From Tubiluchus corallicola (taxonomy: Eukaryota; Animalia; Priapulida): 64,000 bases of DNA. Positions 1 to 14,560 of the stretch are shown in pieces; positions within the stretch are counted from its first letter, which is position 1; the number at the start of each line of letters is the position of its first letter. Location of the stretch: the NCBI GenBank assembly GCA_030141605.1, contig JAQGDQ010000336.1:186001-250000 (forward strand), in the 5' to 3' direction. The notes below the pieces were generated by a model that made no database searches, was not told the origin of the DNA, and worked only from the letters and a program-made list of their open reading frames with translations. The position numbers and the translations under genes were made by a program.

Positions 1-2108
1 TTAGAGAGTCGTATATGTCGTAATAGGCTGTATATCATGTGTGTCATGTGTCATATAACTCTAAAGAATCTAAAGGTATAAAGAATTATAATTCAAAGGG
101 GAGAAAAAGGAATTTAAATTATATCATTAAGTAAGAACCTTCCATACATACAATTGTGTTACCTAGCAGTACCATTACCTGTCTGAAAACTTTATGTAAC
201 TGGAAAAGAAAGTATGTTCGCGTCAGCTGGTAAAACATCAGGCATCACCGTCCCAGTGTGCACCATTGGTTCACCCAAAATACACCATTGACCTTATTTG
301 ACAATCTATAAAGTAATTTACACTTTTGCTTAATTAGCGAAGAGTGTGTTACAAACGCTCTGATTATTTTTTCAAGCTTCACACAATGTTATCTAAACTG
401 TTTCAAACGATTAGCCGGTTAAAAAACTGCGCTTAACGGTCATGGCGAGACTTTGTTGCCAACGCAATCTCTGTATGCAATAAAATAGCTCATATATAAG
501 TGAATTTCAAGGCGAATTATTTAAGCTTTACATTATCATTATTTATGAAGAGCGTTTTTGTCTTTTAAGAGCAAAATAAACAGCACAAAACTTTACTTCT
601 ATAGCGGCTAAGTTCGCTGTATGTACACCTCAAATCGTAAACAAGAGCGTTATCGTATCGGTGCTAGTAGCATGATTGCCCTGAGAGTTTAACCATTACG
701 TTGTACTTGATGACGCTGTAATGCTAAATTTTTTGGGCATATTTGCTACCGAATTATGAAATCATTCGTAAAGCACGAACGTGGCTTTACTTGGAGTGAA
801 ACGAAGTTTTCATAATACAGTGCCTTTTATTTTAGCGAGCACCCCCCCCCCGTTGGTCCAAGATTTAAAATAAGAACTGCAATTTATGAGTAATTTATAA
901 GATGGCCTATATCATTCGTGTTATTGAACCACAAAGTTTAATTGTTGAAAAATTAAGACAGGAACGCTAAAAACTAATTAATACTGTTCTTTCTTGTATT
1001 TTGCATGAATTTTACTTTGCAACTTACTATTGTTGGTTGAAATTGTGTGCTATAGATTTTAGCTAGTTGTTCTGGTCCTCTAGACTAGTGCTTCTAAAAA
1101 TACATTAAAAAGAGACTAGACCACTAGGCAGATATTTGGTTTTCAAGTGAAGCTATAGTTTTCTTCCACATACATTGGGCAGCTTACAGCGCTTATTTCT
1201 AGTTTCAGATATAGTTTCTCTTTTTCATATCTATTTCACATTATAATTCCATTTTCATTGTAAGTGTCTGTTGTCACCATTCTACTGCTTGGAATTTCAC
1301 AGGTGTCTTCCCCCATTTAAGGCACTGCATGAGCTGCAGGATTTCATAATTGTCTGTTTCCTCTGTATCCATTTTATGAGCTGTCATTTTACGACTCATT
1401 CTATAGCAAGCCAAATATCCAATAATTAAAAATATTTATTCTTTTTGGGCAAAACTCAACAGTTTCTCTATAGAAAACCCTAGGTTTTGCTACCAAACAA
1501 AATACTACCAAAATTTTAAACAAGCAAAGAAAATGTTTGAAAAATTGTACAAAGCAACTAAGAATTTTAGTATGTAATTCTTTGAGTCAAATTACACGAA
1601 AGCCTTAGAAGAACTATTGCACTTTCTGATGAACTTGAGTTGATAACCGAAGGATTTCTTACGAAGGTGAACTTGCACTTCATTTTTTGACGTTAGTGTC
1701 TACGTCATGGCAATGGGATTCCAGTCATAAAATAATTAAAATGAAAAGCTAAGACCCTCTTTTGATTCGTGTAAGAACTTGTTGGGATTAGAAAAAAATT
1801 TGGAAAGAAAAATTAGAAATCAAAGTTTTCAAACAACCTATATATATTTCATAATATAACAACTCATTTCATTTGAATATAATGTAATAATATAGATTAA
1901 TTAATGAATGTTGAAGGACAATGAATGTTTTATTATTTATCAATTAACGAACAATCCGTATTTTTGAATTAACAGTAGGGAATGATGTACCATTCAATTA
2001 ATTATTTGATTAATTATATTTTCGAATTAACTGTATTCTTAATTGTATATACCTGCATGTAACTAAAATGTACTAGATTTTTCAGCACTGAACATGATGG
2101 AAATTAAT

Positions 2109-3024
2109 GTAGGAAAAAAATGGCCCAAATGGAAAGTAGGTAAAAATGACACAGGTAAAAATGGCACAGGAATAAATCGCATAGGAAAAAATGACACGGC
2201 AGAAATTGCACAGGAAAAATGGTACAAATGAAAAGTAGGTAAACTGGCACAGGTAAAAATGGCACAGGAATAAATGGCATAGGAAAAAATGACACGGCAG
2301 AAATGGCACAGGAAAAATGGTGCAAATGATAAGTAGGCAAACTGGCACAGGTAAAAATGGCACAGGAAAAAGGAACACTTAGTAAAATATGTGTTTAGGG
2401 TTAGGGTTACAGTGGGGGATAATTATTTCAGTTATTTTTACCTCTGCCAAAGAAGTTTTGCTTCAACACAGTTTGTTTGTTTGTCTGTTTGTTTGGTTGT
2501 TTTTTGTCTGTTATGGCAGTAAGCCTGTTACGCAAAAACTATCTAACAGATCGCCAAGGAAGTTTGTGAAGAAAGGCGGCGGGTAAAGGGTGCCAAAATG
2601 GGAATCTTTACGCCGATTCTTTTTTGCAAAACTTGACGGAACACCACGTACAAAAAAGAAGCAGTTGTAAAAAGTTGTGAGGTCTCAGAGGGAATGTTTG
2701 GTACTCCATTTCGAGAAATTCTCGATTACAAAAGTGTATAGCGCTGTGTATAACTTTTGCATATTAATGTGTATAGCCTTATAAGATGACTTAGTATGTA
2801 ATTACGTATATATTTGTCAGTATATTACATCGCCAAAATTAATGGTAAAAAAGGTAGATAAACACTTTGTGGAACATTCGTACATCATTGATTATAAATC
2901 TATTTAATGAACATATATTTTGCTAGTCTATATAACAAAAATACTTTATGTTAAACTTTTTAATCAAACCTTCTTTTCGACTTTTTCCTGTGCCATTTTA
3001 CCTGTGCTATTTTTACCGCGCACC
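2109..3024. mobile_element. MITE-like element with AAAATGGCACAGG subterminal repeat arrays in inverted orientation
   Basis: Left array 2109-2378 of ~16-bp units with a ~98-99-bp higher-order period. TTAGGGTTAGGGTTA at 2395-2409. Inverted units CCTGTGCCATTTT at 2981-3024. Confidence 0.6.
2432..2600 (+). mobile_element. Probable Helentron-associated (HINE/DINE-1-like) non-autonomous fragment
   Basis: TTTTTACCTCTGCCAAAGAAGTT, then a (GTTT/GTCT)n tract, then TTACGCAAAAACTA. Recognised from memory of this repeat architecture; not searched. Confidence 0.45.
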
Positions 3025-3078
3025 AGTGGCAATACGTTATCAGTTATACTGCGTTCGAAATTCACTTAAAATAAATAA

Positions 3079-3082
<4 letters not shown>

Positions 3083-3118
<36 letters not shown>
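3083..3118. repeat. (TA)n microsatellite
   Basis: Perfect TA run. Confidence 0.95.
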
Positions 3119-3121
<3 letters not shown>

Positions 3122-3989
3122 ATTCATCAGAAAGTGCAATAGTTCTTTTAAGGCTTTCGTGTATCTTTTTTATATATAAAGAATGTTTTAATCATTACGG
3201 ATTTGTTATTCTTTTTAACACTTCTTTCTTTTTATTGAGATTTAATAAACGAACGTTTGATATTTCGTTTGAATTAATTCGACCAGACAACACGAGCAGT
3301 GTTATTTTATCTTTACTAAGTAAGTGAAGTGTAACCAGTTATTTAGTTGTGTAGGAACCTTCTTCAATATCTCCTGTAAGACTCTGTCATGCTTAAAACT
3401 GCGTGCGTAAGTTGGGACCAACGAAAACCATAAGTCAAAAACTCAGCAAAATGCTATATTTTAATGACAAAAATAAGCTAATAAACGACGAACACAGAAA
3501 ATAATTTTAAAAAGAAATTGTCAACAAGAAAGTAGCTCAATAAACTTAGTAGTACTAGCAAAGTGTCTGCGATGCCGAAAAATTTTCCCATCTACAATGA
3601 AATTAGCTTTGAATTTTAAACTTAACTCAACTTTTTTTAATAAAATAAGTTCCCACGCTTTTCAACGCGTAATCTATTTTTTCCAGGCAGTAAAACTTAT
3701 GGCTGCGTAGTTATATACATGTACGAAGCTGACAGGGAGATACGCTGCCCTGCCCGTAATCAAAGAAATACTCATCATTTTCCAATGGCGGGATTTCGCT
3801 ACCCTGCGTATCAATCGTGGTAAAAAAGTTTTACTCTAATAATGAGTTGACAGATCAAAGAGTATTTAGTTCCAGTGGAAAGAGACAGGCGCATCGCGCT
3901 GTGAGAACACCCCAAGGCTTAAACATTTACTGACAAATTATTTGCTAATATAAACAGTAAACGCACTAGGCATATGATTTGGTGTCACT

Positions 3990-4035
3990 CGCGCGAAGCT
4001 GATTGGTGGAACCTAGTCGAATGGGCGGAGTTAAG
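3990..4035 (+). promoter_or_regulatory. Candidate SoxE proximal promoter (inverted CCAAT box plus GC box)
   Basis: CTGATTGG with ATTGG at 4002-4006 and GGGCGGAGT at 4023-4031, about 210-235 bp upstream of the ATG. TSS not determined. Confidence 0.55.
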
Positions 4036-4235
4036 AAGATACAACGTTACGGTTTTGTGGCAACATTTTATTCTGGACATGTGCAACATTCTAGGTTGGT
4101 TTGATGACGAGATTGTACATCAGAGAGTACAAAGTGTCTTCGAATGATATCAGTTTAGACGAGGCGCTGACATAAAAATCAAATCTGCAAATTGCTTGCA
4201 TTTAGAACCAAAAAGACATTTTCTCCAATATCAAA

Positions 4236-4621
4236 ATGAGTGACAGAGACGATCAGGTTAAAACTCCATCATCGGTGTTGTCAGATACGGGTAGTGAGTC
4301 AGCGATGGACTCAGATCCTGGAGGACCTCAAGGTGCTTCTCCTGATCCCAACAATGTGGATGGCTCAGTGAAAATCGGTGCGGACAGCAAGGAGTTTTCT
4401 GATAGCATTCGCGATGCAGTTTCTCATGTACTAAAGGGTTACGACTGGACATTGGTGCCCATGCCATGCCGTCCCAACAGTACTGAGAAACGTCGTCCGC
4501 ACGTCAAGCGCCCGATGAATGCGTTTATGGTGTGGGCGCAGGCTGCCCGGAGGAAATTAGCTGACCAGTATCCACATTTACACAATGCTGAGCTCAGTAA
4601 AACACTCGGAAAATTATGGAG
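4236..4621 (+). CDS. SoxE: SoxE (Sox8/9/10-like) HMG-box transcription factor, coding exon 1
   Basis: Encodes the SoxE dimerisation motif [20 protein letters not shown] and the first half of the HMG box ([42 protein letters not shown]). Ends AG|GTAAGA (phase 2) at the intron position typical of SoxE genes. Confidence 0.97.
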
Positions 4622-7600
4622 GTAAGATTTAAAAGTGTGTGTATCATTCAAACATATAGTAAACCTGCAACCTTTAGACAACAATGCAGCTTGCCAAATA
4701 CAAAATAATGCATTTTTAAACATTAACTTTATTAGAAAAATTAGTGTCACGTAATTTCAAATTTTGGATTTGTCCTCATTAGACGTGCTTTCAATGTTAT
4801 TATTTTTTCAACTTAGGAAGCAAGTGATATTAATTTCAAATTTTGCATCATTTACATTTTTTATTTGAAATTCTGTTGCTTTTGTGGGTTAACAGCAATA
4901 ATTTCAGGTGGTTTTTGTATGTATGTATGTATATATATATAATACGCGATTATTGTAGAAGATTTTGACTACATCTTATGCTGTTACTATTGAGTCTACA
5001 CAATTTCGTTATGTATTTAGTTTGAGGCCCCAAATTATAGTTCACAAAGTTTGAAAAATTAAAATCATTGTGTTACAATGATACAGTTTATTCTAGTGTA
5101 GATGAATAAGCGAGGACAATCAACGAATGCTGGTCGGAAAGGCTATTACAATACAGCATATTTTTCATACAGAGACAGAAGTCGTAATTAACTGCTATAT
5201 TTTGCTAAAACCGCGTGCACATTAAATTATAAAGTATAAGTTTAAACACCAGTAACATTTAGCCGATGATTAGTATAGGAAATGTATAACACTTCCTGCA
5301 TAGTGTACTCCAATAAAGTCATTTGCTTCGCCTGCTGGGTAATTACGCTTAACTACATGTGCGTGAATCTCAGATAAGATCAAACACAGTAACCAAGCGG
5401 CATTCCTCTTCATCAGGAAACCAGACTTTGCTTGACTTTCCTATAATGCTGAATCATTGTTAGCAAACAAAAACTTGTGGAAAAGTTTCTTCTCATGCGT
5501 TGATATTATGCAGTACGCAGTAATGTAGATAGTATCTATAATCTAGTATAAATCTTTGGACGAAATTGTAAAACTTATTTAATCTTTCACGACGTGTGTA
5601 TTATGGTTAGGTATTGCAATTATATAGAACGTGCAATTCTTGAATTGCGTGACTTACCCCCCTTGACACATTGTTTATTAGTTTATAATAAGTTTTTTTT
5701 TATAATATATGAATGGCTATTCGAGTTTATTGGAATACTATGTAACATATAATGCACACGATGCAGAAAGCATAATTATACAAGTTCACTGCTCCACCAT
5801 TGTTATAACTGCAGAAAATAATTTGGATTTATTGTAGCTCTATAAGCTTCACGGGTGTGGAAATATAGTGCATCTGTAACCTCATTAAAATACTATATTG
5901 CCTGATATGTTATGCCACGGGTATATACGGAAACGTGATTAATTCATTAAACTATACAATATTGTTGCAGACTGCAGAATTAAACAACTTTATTAAAACA
6001 CTGAAAAAAGGAAAGGGTCCTGCCTAATTTGCTTTTTTAAATCTTTGTAAGTCCACGTGAGACTGTATTGCGTACATCCATGCGTGAGTCTGTTTTGAAA
6101 GTAGCCGAGTTTTGCTGTAGAGCTCTGTGATTATACATCTTGATCGTACGTCAGTAAAGAGAAGGAAATTAGATATACCTGCAACTGTTACCGCATCTTG
6201 TAAGTTATTTTACTTCTACAGCCTGTAAGTTACAAAAATTGTACAAGCATTTTACACAGGCCGAGTCTACTAATTTTTTACTTAAATATTTGTAATGAAA
6301 CATTACGTATACAGTATACAAGCAATTATAATTTCCACTATGAAAATTGCGTGATGAATCAAATTTACCGCTGTTGTCATATTGAGAGAATCTTTAATAA
6401 TTACGACAATTAAATATCTAGCCATCGGCATCGATGGTACGTGCCATCTTAGAGACAATAATTGTGCACTCAAAAATGCTCACGTGTTTGTCATGTGCGT
6501 GGTTAATTGAGGCAGATCGCTTCCTTTAGAAGTAACGTTTATAGCTTCGTACTAAAGTTTAGTAATTTAAAACTATAGGAGTACGTCACCTATATCCTAC
6601 ATGTGTAGAGAAAAAGTTAAAAAGAGTTTGTCGCGATGCGCCTATATATATATATATATATAGGTAATATATATAAAGTTAATATATTTATGTATATATA
6701 ACGACTGGGAAACTGTTTACACACATGTACTGTTTATTACTTCGCATGTGCATTATTTCTGCTTTATCAGACTGTAATATAGCACGTCAGAGATTATATA
6801 ACTGTGAAATGGCACAGGTATACAATATTATATCAAGGCAAATAAAGTATTGATCTATGCACATTATAATCAATTTGACAGAAACCACAAATTGTTTTAC
6901 ACGGAAATTTGGTTAAAACTCTAAACTATTCATTAAACTCATGGGTTCAAAATGTAATCTGATATTGTTGATGATTCTATCCGAATTTTGAGAGGATGCC
7001 GTGGACCGCCATGTTGATTTCTGCGCATTTTATGGATATGTATGACTGCACTTTATTGCGCACCTTACCTCCCTCTCTGCTCTAATGTAGTCGTTTTCTC
7101 ATTCATAAAAGCACTCAGTCAAAGCTAAAGTGGCAAGAAAATCATCGGTTGACATTATGATAGTAATCATCGTCACGTCCGTCCATGGCTACTGGCAACG
7201 GATGAGCAGTAGTAGCTCTTGCTCTAGATTGCGCCAGCGCGACTGTTAATTTGTTGGGTGGAACTGGGGACAGATTATTGTCCAAGTTGTGAGAATGTCC
7301 GCAATAAGCGAGCAACTAGCTAGCAGCCATCAGCTGCATAATGTACTTCATTACACACTGTCTATACAGATTGGTGTATAGTAAATAATGCATTGGTACC
7401 ATCTTTCATGCAGACTTACAGAATACAGTGGGAATACGTACACCATTTAAATTCCTAACACACGGAGCCGGCTCCTAAATCATTTAGTTGTCCATAAATA
7501 TTATTTATGATAAGTAAAATAGGTCTGCAAACGAAATTTTTGCGTCATTTTTAGTTGCGCAACAATTTTCTTCCCAATGTAATACCTGCGTATTGAAAAT

Positions 7601-9809
7601 AAGTAAAGTCATAAGAGTAGGTTGCAGGAAGTTAAAATAGAAAACAGAGAATTACTTAAAGTTTACCTGATCATACCTATATAATTATGTAAAGAAGAAA
7701 TCTTGCAGGAGAAATTTTAGCGTGGAAATATATGCATGATCGTATTGTGAATAAACTGACTACATTTTGAATTTATTATCATAATTACTCTAATTAATTA
7801 TTATTTTAAAGAAATAATTCTGACATTACACAAGGTAAATTTTATACGTTTCCACGAATTTTTAAGTGGGTTTCTCATGAAACAAATAAGTTCACGGTGA
7901 TAACTGTTAATCACAAGAATAACTACAGTAATAAAAAACCAACAATAAAGAAAGAAGAATCTAGAGGTAAAATTTTCATTAATGTATTTTTTAAAACTTT
8001 TTAATACATAATGTGCTTTGCCCACCTTTTTGTTCTCGTTTTGCTTAAAATAAAGTTTAATACCCATTAAACAACAGAATGTGTTACAAAGACTATTTAA
8101 AAAATTATGAGTTTTTTGAGTTTTAGTGTAAACACCAGTTTTGTGTAGGAACACAAATTATGATGGTTGTATTATGTTTAACTTTTAATAAATGTGAAAT
8201 GAGCCTAAATTGTGTAACTGTGCAAGTAATTTCTATATTTTGATTATCAATTCACCTACGTGCTTTAGCTTATAACTTTCAGGCAATTGTTTTTGCCGGA
8301 TATGTGCGATTTGACGGAAAAGTGTGAACGAAGCTTAAGGGAGCATGATGCATTAAACGGTCGGTATGATAATCTACATGCTGGCATTTATGATTAGTAA
8401 ATACAACGCTACTTATCATTCTTGACATGTCGTTTCATCATCAGCTTCTCTCTGACGCTTATTATCTCGTGCAAGCATGCATTGCAGAGAGAAATCTCGA
8501 CATCTGACGATTGTGTGAAACTTATAGCGGGTTAGACAGGTACAATTTTCGATTTGAGCCAGTGGCTGATCCAGTCGCGTTTTGCCAGTCGTTTTTTGTT
8601 GCGCCAACAAACACGAAATGTGCAGCCTTAGTAAATTGTAGCAATAAACTTTGCGTAAACAAATTAAATTATTTCATGCATTCTTTTTCAATCGACAGTT
8701 ATATTCCTGAATTTATCTTTACGAAATTTTTGGGTTTGCTTAGTTGATGTACGTACGTTTACTAATATAAAGCTGGAAGCGCCTAAATGATGTAATAATT
8801 GCGTGCATGTAGCAAAATTACCTTGCCGTTCAAGAGAAATATCTCGGTAACTTGTACAGTCCTTTTAGGCCAAGAAATTACAATAATGCAGCAACTTTTT
8901 TTCGTAATTCAACTCATGAAAATATTTTCATTGCCTTTGCAAACTTATTATTGTGATATTACTATCAAACTTAAGTGTTCTGCATTGGATACATATTCGC
9001 TGTAGGATAGCTATATGTATTAATGTGTTTATAACAATAATTATTACATTCGTAGCCGCATGTTTAGCTAATTTTGTATTACTGGAAAATGTATTTTCTT
9101 CTGTTGTGTTTAATAAACCTCCAAAATGTTTAACAACGCGATGTTTTAAAAAAATTATTAATTATTGATTTAAAATAACCGCAAAACTATTTCAGCGCTT
9201 TTATCATTTAGGACAGAATGAGAACAGTGAACATCCTTAAAACAAAGGCCGCTTTTTCTATATTAATTTTTATAATTTGGAAGTAGTGACTGTTTAATTT
9301 TGTTGTAAAAACTTGTTGCAGCAACGGTCTGCCATTATATAGCGACTTGTTCACTAGCTGGGACAGCAAAAGAACAGAAAGAGACTGCCCGGCTTAATAT
9401 TTAATTCAAACGGCCGGGAACCAGTTAAGCATGGATTTGCATTGTCTTCACTTCCTCTCCACACAGAAGCAGTCGGAAATACCTCTAACATCTTTTCATT
9501 AACCGACAGACACACTGAAAGAGGACTAGAGCAGTGCAAAGAGTTCAGGTGTCTACTTTGTTTAATGCATGTAGTAGAGGTGTAGTGATGTTTTACTGGC
9601 TGAGTTAAACCTGACAACCTGGGCATTTCCTTCTCACAATCTCTTGTGCTGGCGTTTCGAAATTCGTTACTAAAACATTGATGAAAACATAATAACTGAA
9701 TGACATTACGTAATGAAATCGCGTAAACGCGTGCATGTTGTACAAAGAGTTGTGACTTCTAATTCATCATATGTAACTGAATTTAATAATTAACTAAAAG
9801 TTTAATTGT

Positions 9810-10143
<334 letters not shown>

Positions 10144-11254
10144 TAATCAGCAACCACTAATGAAAATAATGCAGTCCCAGATATATAGGCCTACAGGCAG
10201 TCAGAAAAAATGCATAGTTACAAGAAGCGAATAAAATATATTATATGATTGAATTATCTAAAAAAGAAAATTTGCGAAGATTATTATGGTGCAAATGCTA
10301 GATATAAAATGAATAAAAATAATCTTGGTGTAGTGGATACCACAGCTGATCAGATTCAGGTTCCAACCCAACAGAGAACAGTTTTTATATTTTTGTTTTG
10401 TACTTTAATTTACTTATGAATTCAGTTATAAAATAGTTTTTTATCGAGTAAGATGACTTCAGAAAATATAAGTTATTGTCTCTTTTTGTACTTTGCATTT
10501 CAAATATACAGGTTTAAAGGTTTGTATATGGCTCAGACTTGAAAGTATTAGCCTTACTTAATTGAAAGATTAAAATTAGATATTTAAATTTTTTAATTTT
10601 ATAAAGTTATTATACAAGTTAATTTTATAAGTTTACTAAATACCAAAATCGAATTTTGCCGAAATCGTATCTGCATGTGATTTTAAAATACACACAGATC
10701 AGAGTTAATTAATGATTATTATTTGGACAATTAATTTGGGCGTATATGTACTGTAATTATTCGCAGTAGTTATGATAGTTAAGTTAATCGACAACTTATA
10801 TAATGTTAAAATCTATATTTTTTGAAAAATTAAGATATGTTATTAATTTAGCGAAAATTTAGTCGTCCCAGACAATATGTGCGCATAAATGTTCTTACCG
10901 ATTACATTAATTTTGCCAGTAATTTTTATATCAAATCAGAACAATAGACCTAGTTAACTTGCAGCGCTCATTTACTCTTTCAACGCTGCAATCTGTCACA
11001 GGTGTTGGCATCCACGCGAGCAAGGTTAAAATGGGTGTTTAGTTATTACAAGTTCCTAATCCTAATTGTTCTGGTTTTTATTAAAAATCTTGTTTAGTAA
11101 ATTCCAAGTTTTAATTTTGTTTTGTGTTAATGTCAGTTGTAAGTTTGAAAATCATGATTTGCAACTAAAAGCCTTTTGAAGTTACTGGATGAATGTTATG
11201 GTTGCGGCTTGGTAATTTTATAAAAACATAAATGAATTTTCTAATTGCAAATAA

Positions 11255-11570
11255 ACAAACGAATGATTAACTAAATGAATGAAGGAATAAGCAATTGAAT
11301 GGAAGAGTGTATGAATAGATGAGTGATAAGTTGAGTGAAGAAATTAATAAACAAATTAATAAAAGAATGTATGAGTGAATCACTGAATGAACGAATAAAT
11401 AAGTGAATGAATGAATGAGTTAATAAATCAATCAATAAATAAATAGATGAACTAATGAACTAGTAAAAATAAACAAGCAAGCAAGCGAGCAAATAAACAA
11501 ACAAACGAACTGAAGAACCAAACAATTAAACGAGCTATCTAACAAGTAACTAGTAAATGAACAAAGCAAA
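11255..11570. repeat. Degenerate (AATG)/(AAAT)/(AAAC) tetranucleotide low-complexity tract
   Basis: Imperfect period-4 repeats. Confidence 0.75.
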
Positions 11571-12133
11571 TACATGCATTATAATTAATTTTCTCTTGTT
11601 TTCTAAATTACGTATACAGTATTATAATTAAAAGTCGCCCACATTTCCCTTTTGCAGCAACAAGTTGTGACTTAAATAGTGACATTTTCCAAACTAAGCT
11701 AGCACAGCAAGAAATAAACATGAAGAAACTTACAAAATTGTAAACTTACAAAACGTACATATAGTTTTTATATAGACATGTCACATAAAAAAACATTTAA
11801 CGCACGTGTATGTGAAGAAATTCAGGCTCATGTGGGCGGTCTTAAGCAGTGAATGGCAGTGCTGCAATGCCTCTCAGTATGGCGCATGACGTCCTTTATG
11901 AAACCCCCTGGTTCAAGCAAAAGCGTGACACACATAATGTTGAAGGTATAAAGTTTGGAATCAGAAAGGAGGAGGAGGAAATAGAATTTGCATAGAAAAA
12001 GCAGGACAAACATTTTGCGCAGAAGCTAGAGACGTGTGTGAGTCCTTTATATGTGAACTTACCTACCTCGCGTGGAATACCTTTCACTAGCACACACCCA
12101 CACACACGACACACGTATGCACGCGCACACAAA

Positions 12134-12136
<3 letters not shown>

Positions 12137-12228
<92 letters not shown>

Positions 12229-12340
12229 TCTTCTCTGTATCTTTCTGTCTTTCTCGCCCCCTCCTTTATTCTTTCTTTCCATTAATCTCTCTGTCTGTCT
12301 CTCTCTTTCTCTTTCTCTGTTTCTCTCTCTCCCTCTCTCT
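12137..12340. repeat. (CT)n microsatellite with a degenerate polypyrimidine tail
   Basis: Perfect CT run to ~12224, then CT-rich sequence. Confidence 0.97.
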
Positions 12341-14434
12341 TTTTGTTCGTATTTCTTATCTTTGATTTCTCTTAACCTACTGGACAACAAACAGTGTGCA
12401 TACGAATATATATATATACATGTTTTGGTAAAGGAAATAAGAGTGGTATTCAGTCGCTACGGGCCAGCGGGTCTTATTTGAAATTCCTGTTCCACCCCCT
12501 CCTCTTACACCAGTAATTTTACCACTTCATTGTTCTGGTGACATTATTAATCTTATCTGGTATGCAACACCAATAATTGTTATTATCAAGATTTCTGGCA
12601 TTAACTAAGAAACGAAATAGAACTGATATAAAGTGCACAGAAAATTTCACAACAAGCTGCACTTTTTTCAAATTTTTCTTTATTCTACGTTTGTATGACA
12701 ATTTACGGAATACGTTGTAAATTTGCAAACAATTATAAATAAAATACGTACACTGAAATATTAGAATAATCTTGCTCGATTTTTTATACGTTTCTGGTAC
12801 TGTCCAAGTCATGATCCATACAGAGGTAAGGGTGGCCTATTCGCTATAGGCAGTTGCAAGATTGGAATTCGGTAATTTCAGCTATCAAGGATAACCTTAG
12901 GTATAAGGCATAGAATCGCACATGTGTACATTCACAAATGTATTGATGAAGTTTTTCTTGTGGTTATAAGTGTTGAAAAAGAGAATATGGTATTTTCTGT
13001 AAGTTAACAAGGATATGTAACCCTAAATATAACACATTTTGTTTCAAGCAATAAAGCCAACGTAGTCTAAGCTACAAGCATAAAATGATGTCAATATGAA
13101 GTGATATGAATTATATCTTCTTTTTTATTCTTTTTTTAACTATTTTCCTTTCATTTAGTTAACATGTTCGTTTGTATCTATAATATTAAATACAGTTTGA
13201 GGTTGTAATAATAACTGATTAGCTGCGTACAGTTTCGAAAAACAGCAAAAACATTTTTAAATCGTGGAACATGCAGTATAATGGCGTATCGTTACAACAT
13301 GCACGTCTATAGAAATGAGCGAGTACTCGCAAACAACATGTTACTTTCCAGTACCAAAGCAGAAAATTTTAATTCATGCCATTTTGCTAAAATGTTACCT
13401 AATGTGTGATTAAGCCGTGTCCTAGAAAAAATACGGGTCATAAGTAGAAACTACGCCTGTTTTATTGCAAACCATGCACAAATCGACCTTGCTAAGGGAA
13501 GCACAAGTAATCATTAACTGATAATTAAACTTGTAGCCAAATTATCATGCATCAGCTCGCCGTATTTTATCAACGAATGCATAAAAAATAAATAAGAAAG
13601 TGGCAACTTTTATTGTACTTTTCTAATAAAGCAAAATATGAATGCTTGAAACTATAAATCTGAAAGAATAAATATGAAAATTTATGAATATTTCACCACG
13701 TTACAAACCATTCCGTAGTTTCATAAAATACTTGACAATTCAAGGCATATATGGAAATTGTTCACGCATAAAGTTAAAAATAATGGCTATTTCTTAATGA
13801 CCCAAATATTTCGAAATTACAATTTGTAAGCGCAATATAGCTGTCAACTTAAACTATTTTCTTCTCGCGTGAGTTAAACTTATCACGTAATGAAATTTTG
13901 ACACGCGTATTTTGTAATTAGTTCAAATTACAAGAAACTTAATTTGGTGTATGTTAATAGCAGTTATTATTACCTCTGTGTGGGATTTATGCGTAGCACT
14001 ATGGCATGTAAATTTGCAAACCTTGTTCAGATAGTAAAAAAATTATAAACATATGCTGATATAAGCATGAAGTCATACACATATATAGAAAACTATAGTC
14101 CGTAAAATAGGTACAATTACTAGTAACGCTAAGCTTAAGACAAAACGCGTCAACTGCCTCTTTGTCTATTGTGCATAATTTATTATTATTATTACTATTG
14201 CAGCAATAAAATGAAAGAAAGAATAATTTTGTGGTTAAAACTATCTACTTCTCTATACCAAAATCAATATGTTACCCAAGTTAACTACAGTTGTACAACA
14301 AGCTGAAGAAACAACTTGCACATTAGAACTCATACACGTATAAAGTGTTTACATTTATTTTTCATGTAATAATCTAATATCTAAGATCAAAATTTAATAG
14401 CTCCACTTTGCGAGATATTTATAATGAATACGTT

Positions 14435-14560
14435 CTATGTCTATGTCAACGTTAATGTTATGTCTATAATCTATGTCTATTTTAGTGTCTGTCTATGTCA
14501 ATGTTGCGTCTATGTTGATGTCTATGCCTGTCTATGTCTATATCTGTGGCTATCTCTGTC
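14435..14560. repeat. Degenerate (TCTATG)n hexamer repeat
   Basis: Repeated tctatg/tcaatg units. Confidence 0.7.

Noticed and set aside
179-199. 21-nt minus-strand segment between a good acceptor (ctttcttttccag) and a GTAATG donor, as a possible HMGCS micro-exon
   Set aside because: In the phase HMGCS requires it reads V-T-stop and shows no HMGCS similarity; there is no support without RNA data.
2082-2378. 98-aa and 78-aa minus-strand ORFs
   Set aside because: They are translations of the tandem MITE arm.
2395-2409. TTAGGG telomeric repeat
   Set aside because: Only ~2.5 units and embedded in a repeat; not a telomere or a real interstitial array.
5066-5080. Paired Sox sites CATTGT-gtt-ACAATG as a SoxE autoregulatory element
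   Set aside because: The orientation is opposite to the usual SoxE dimer arrangement (ACAAWG-n3-5-CWTTGT), and such motifs are common in AT-rich DNA.
10655-10685. Minus-strand HMQ followed by out-of-frame YDF, as the missing HMGCS exon
   Set aside because: Wrong spacing, frameshifted, no YKP and no splice context; a chance match.
11896-12481. Long ER/SL-repeat ORFs (also 54479-55085, 52211-53056, 56230-56559, 63218-63511)
   Set aside because: They are microsatellite translations, not genes.
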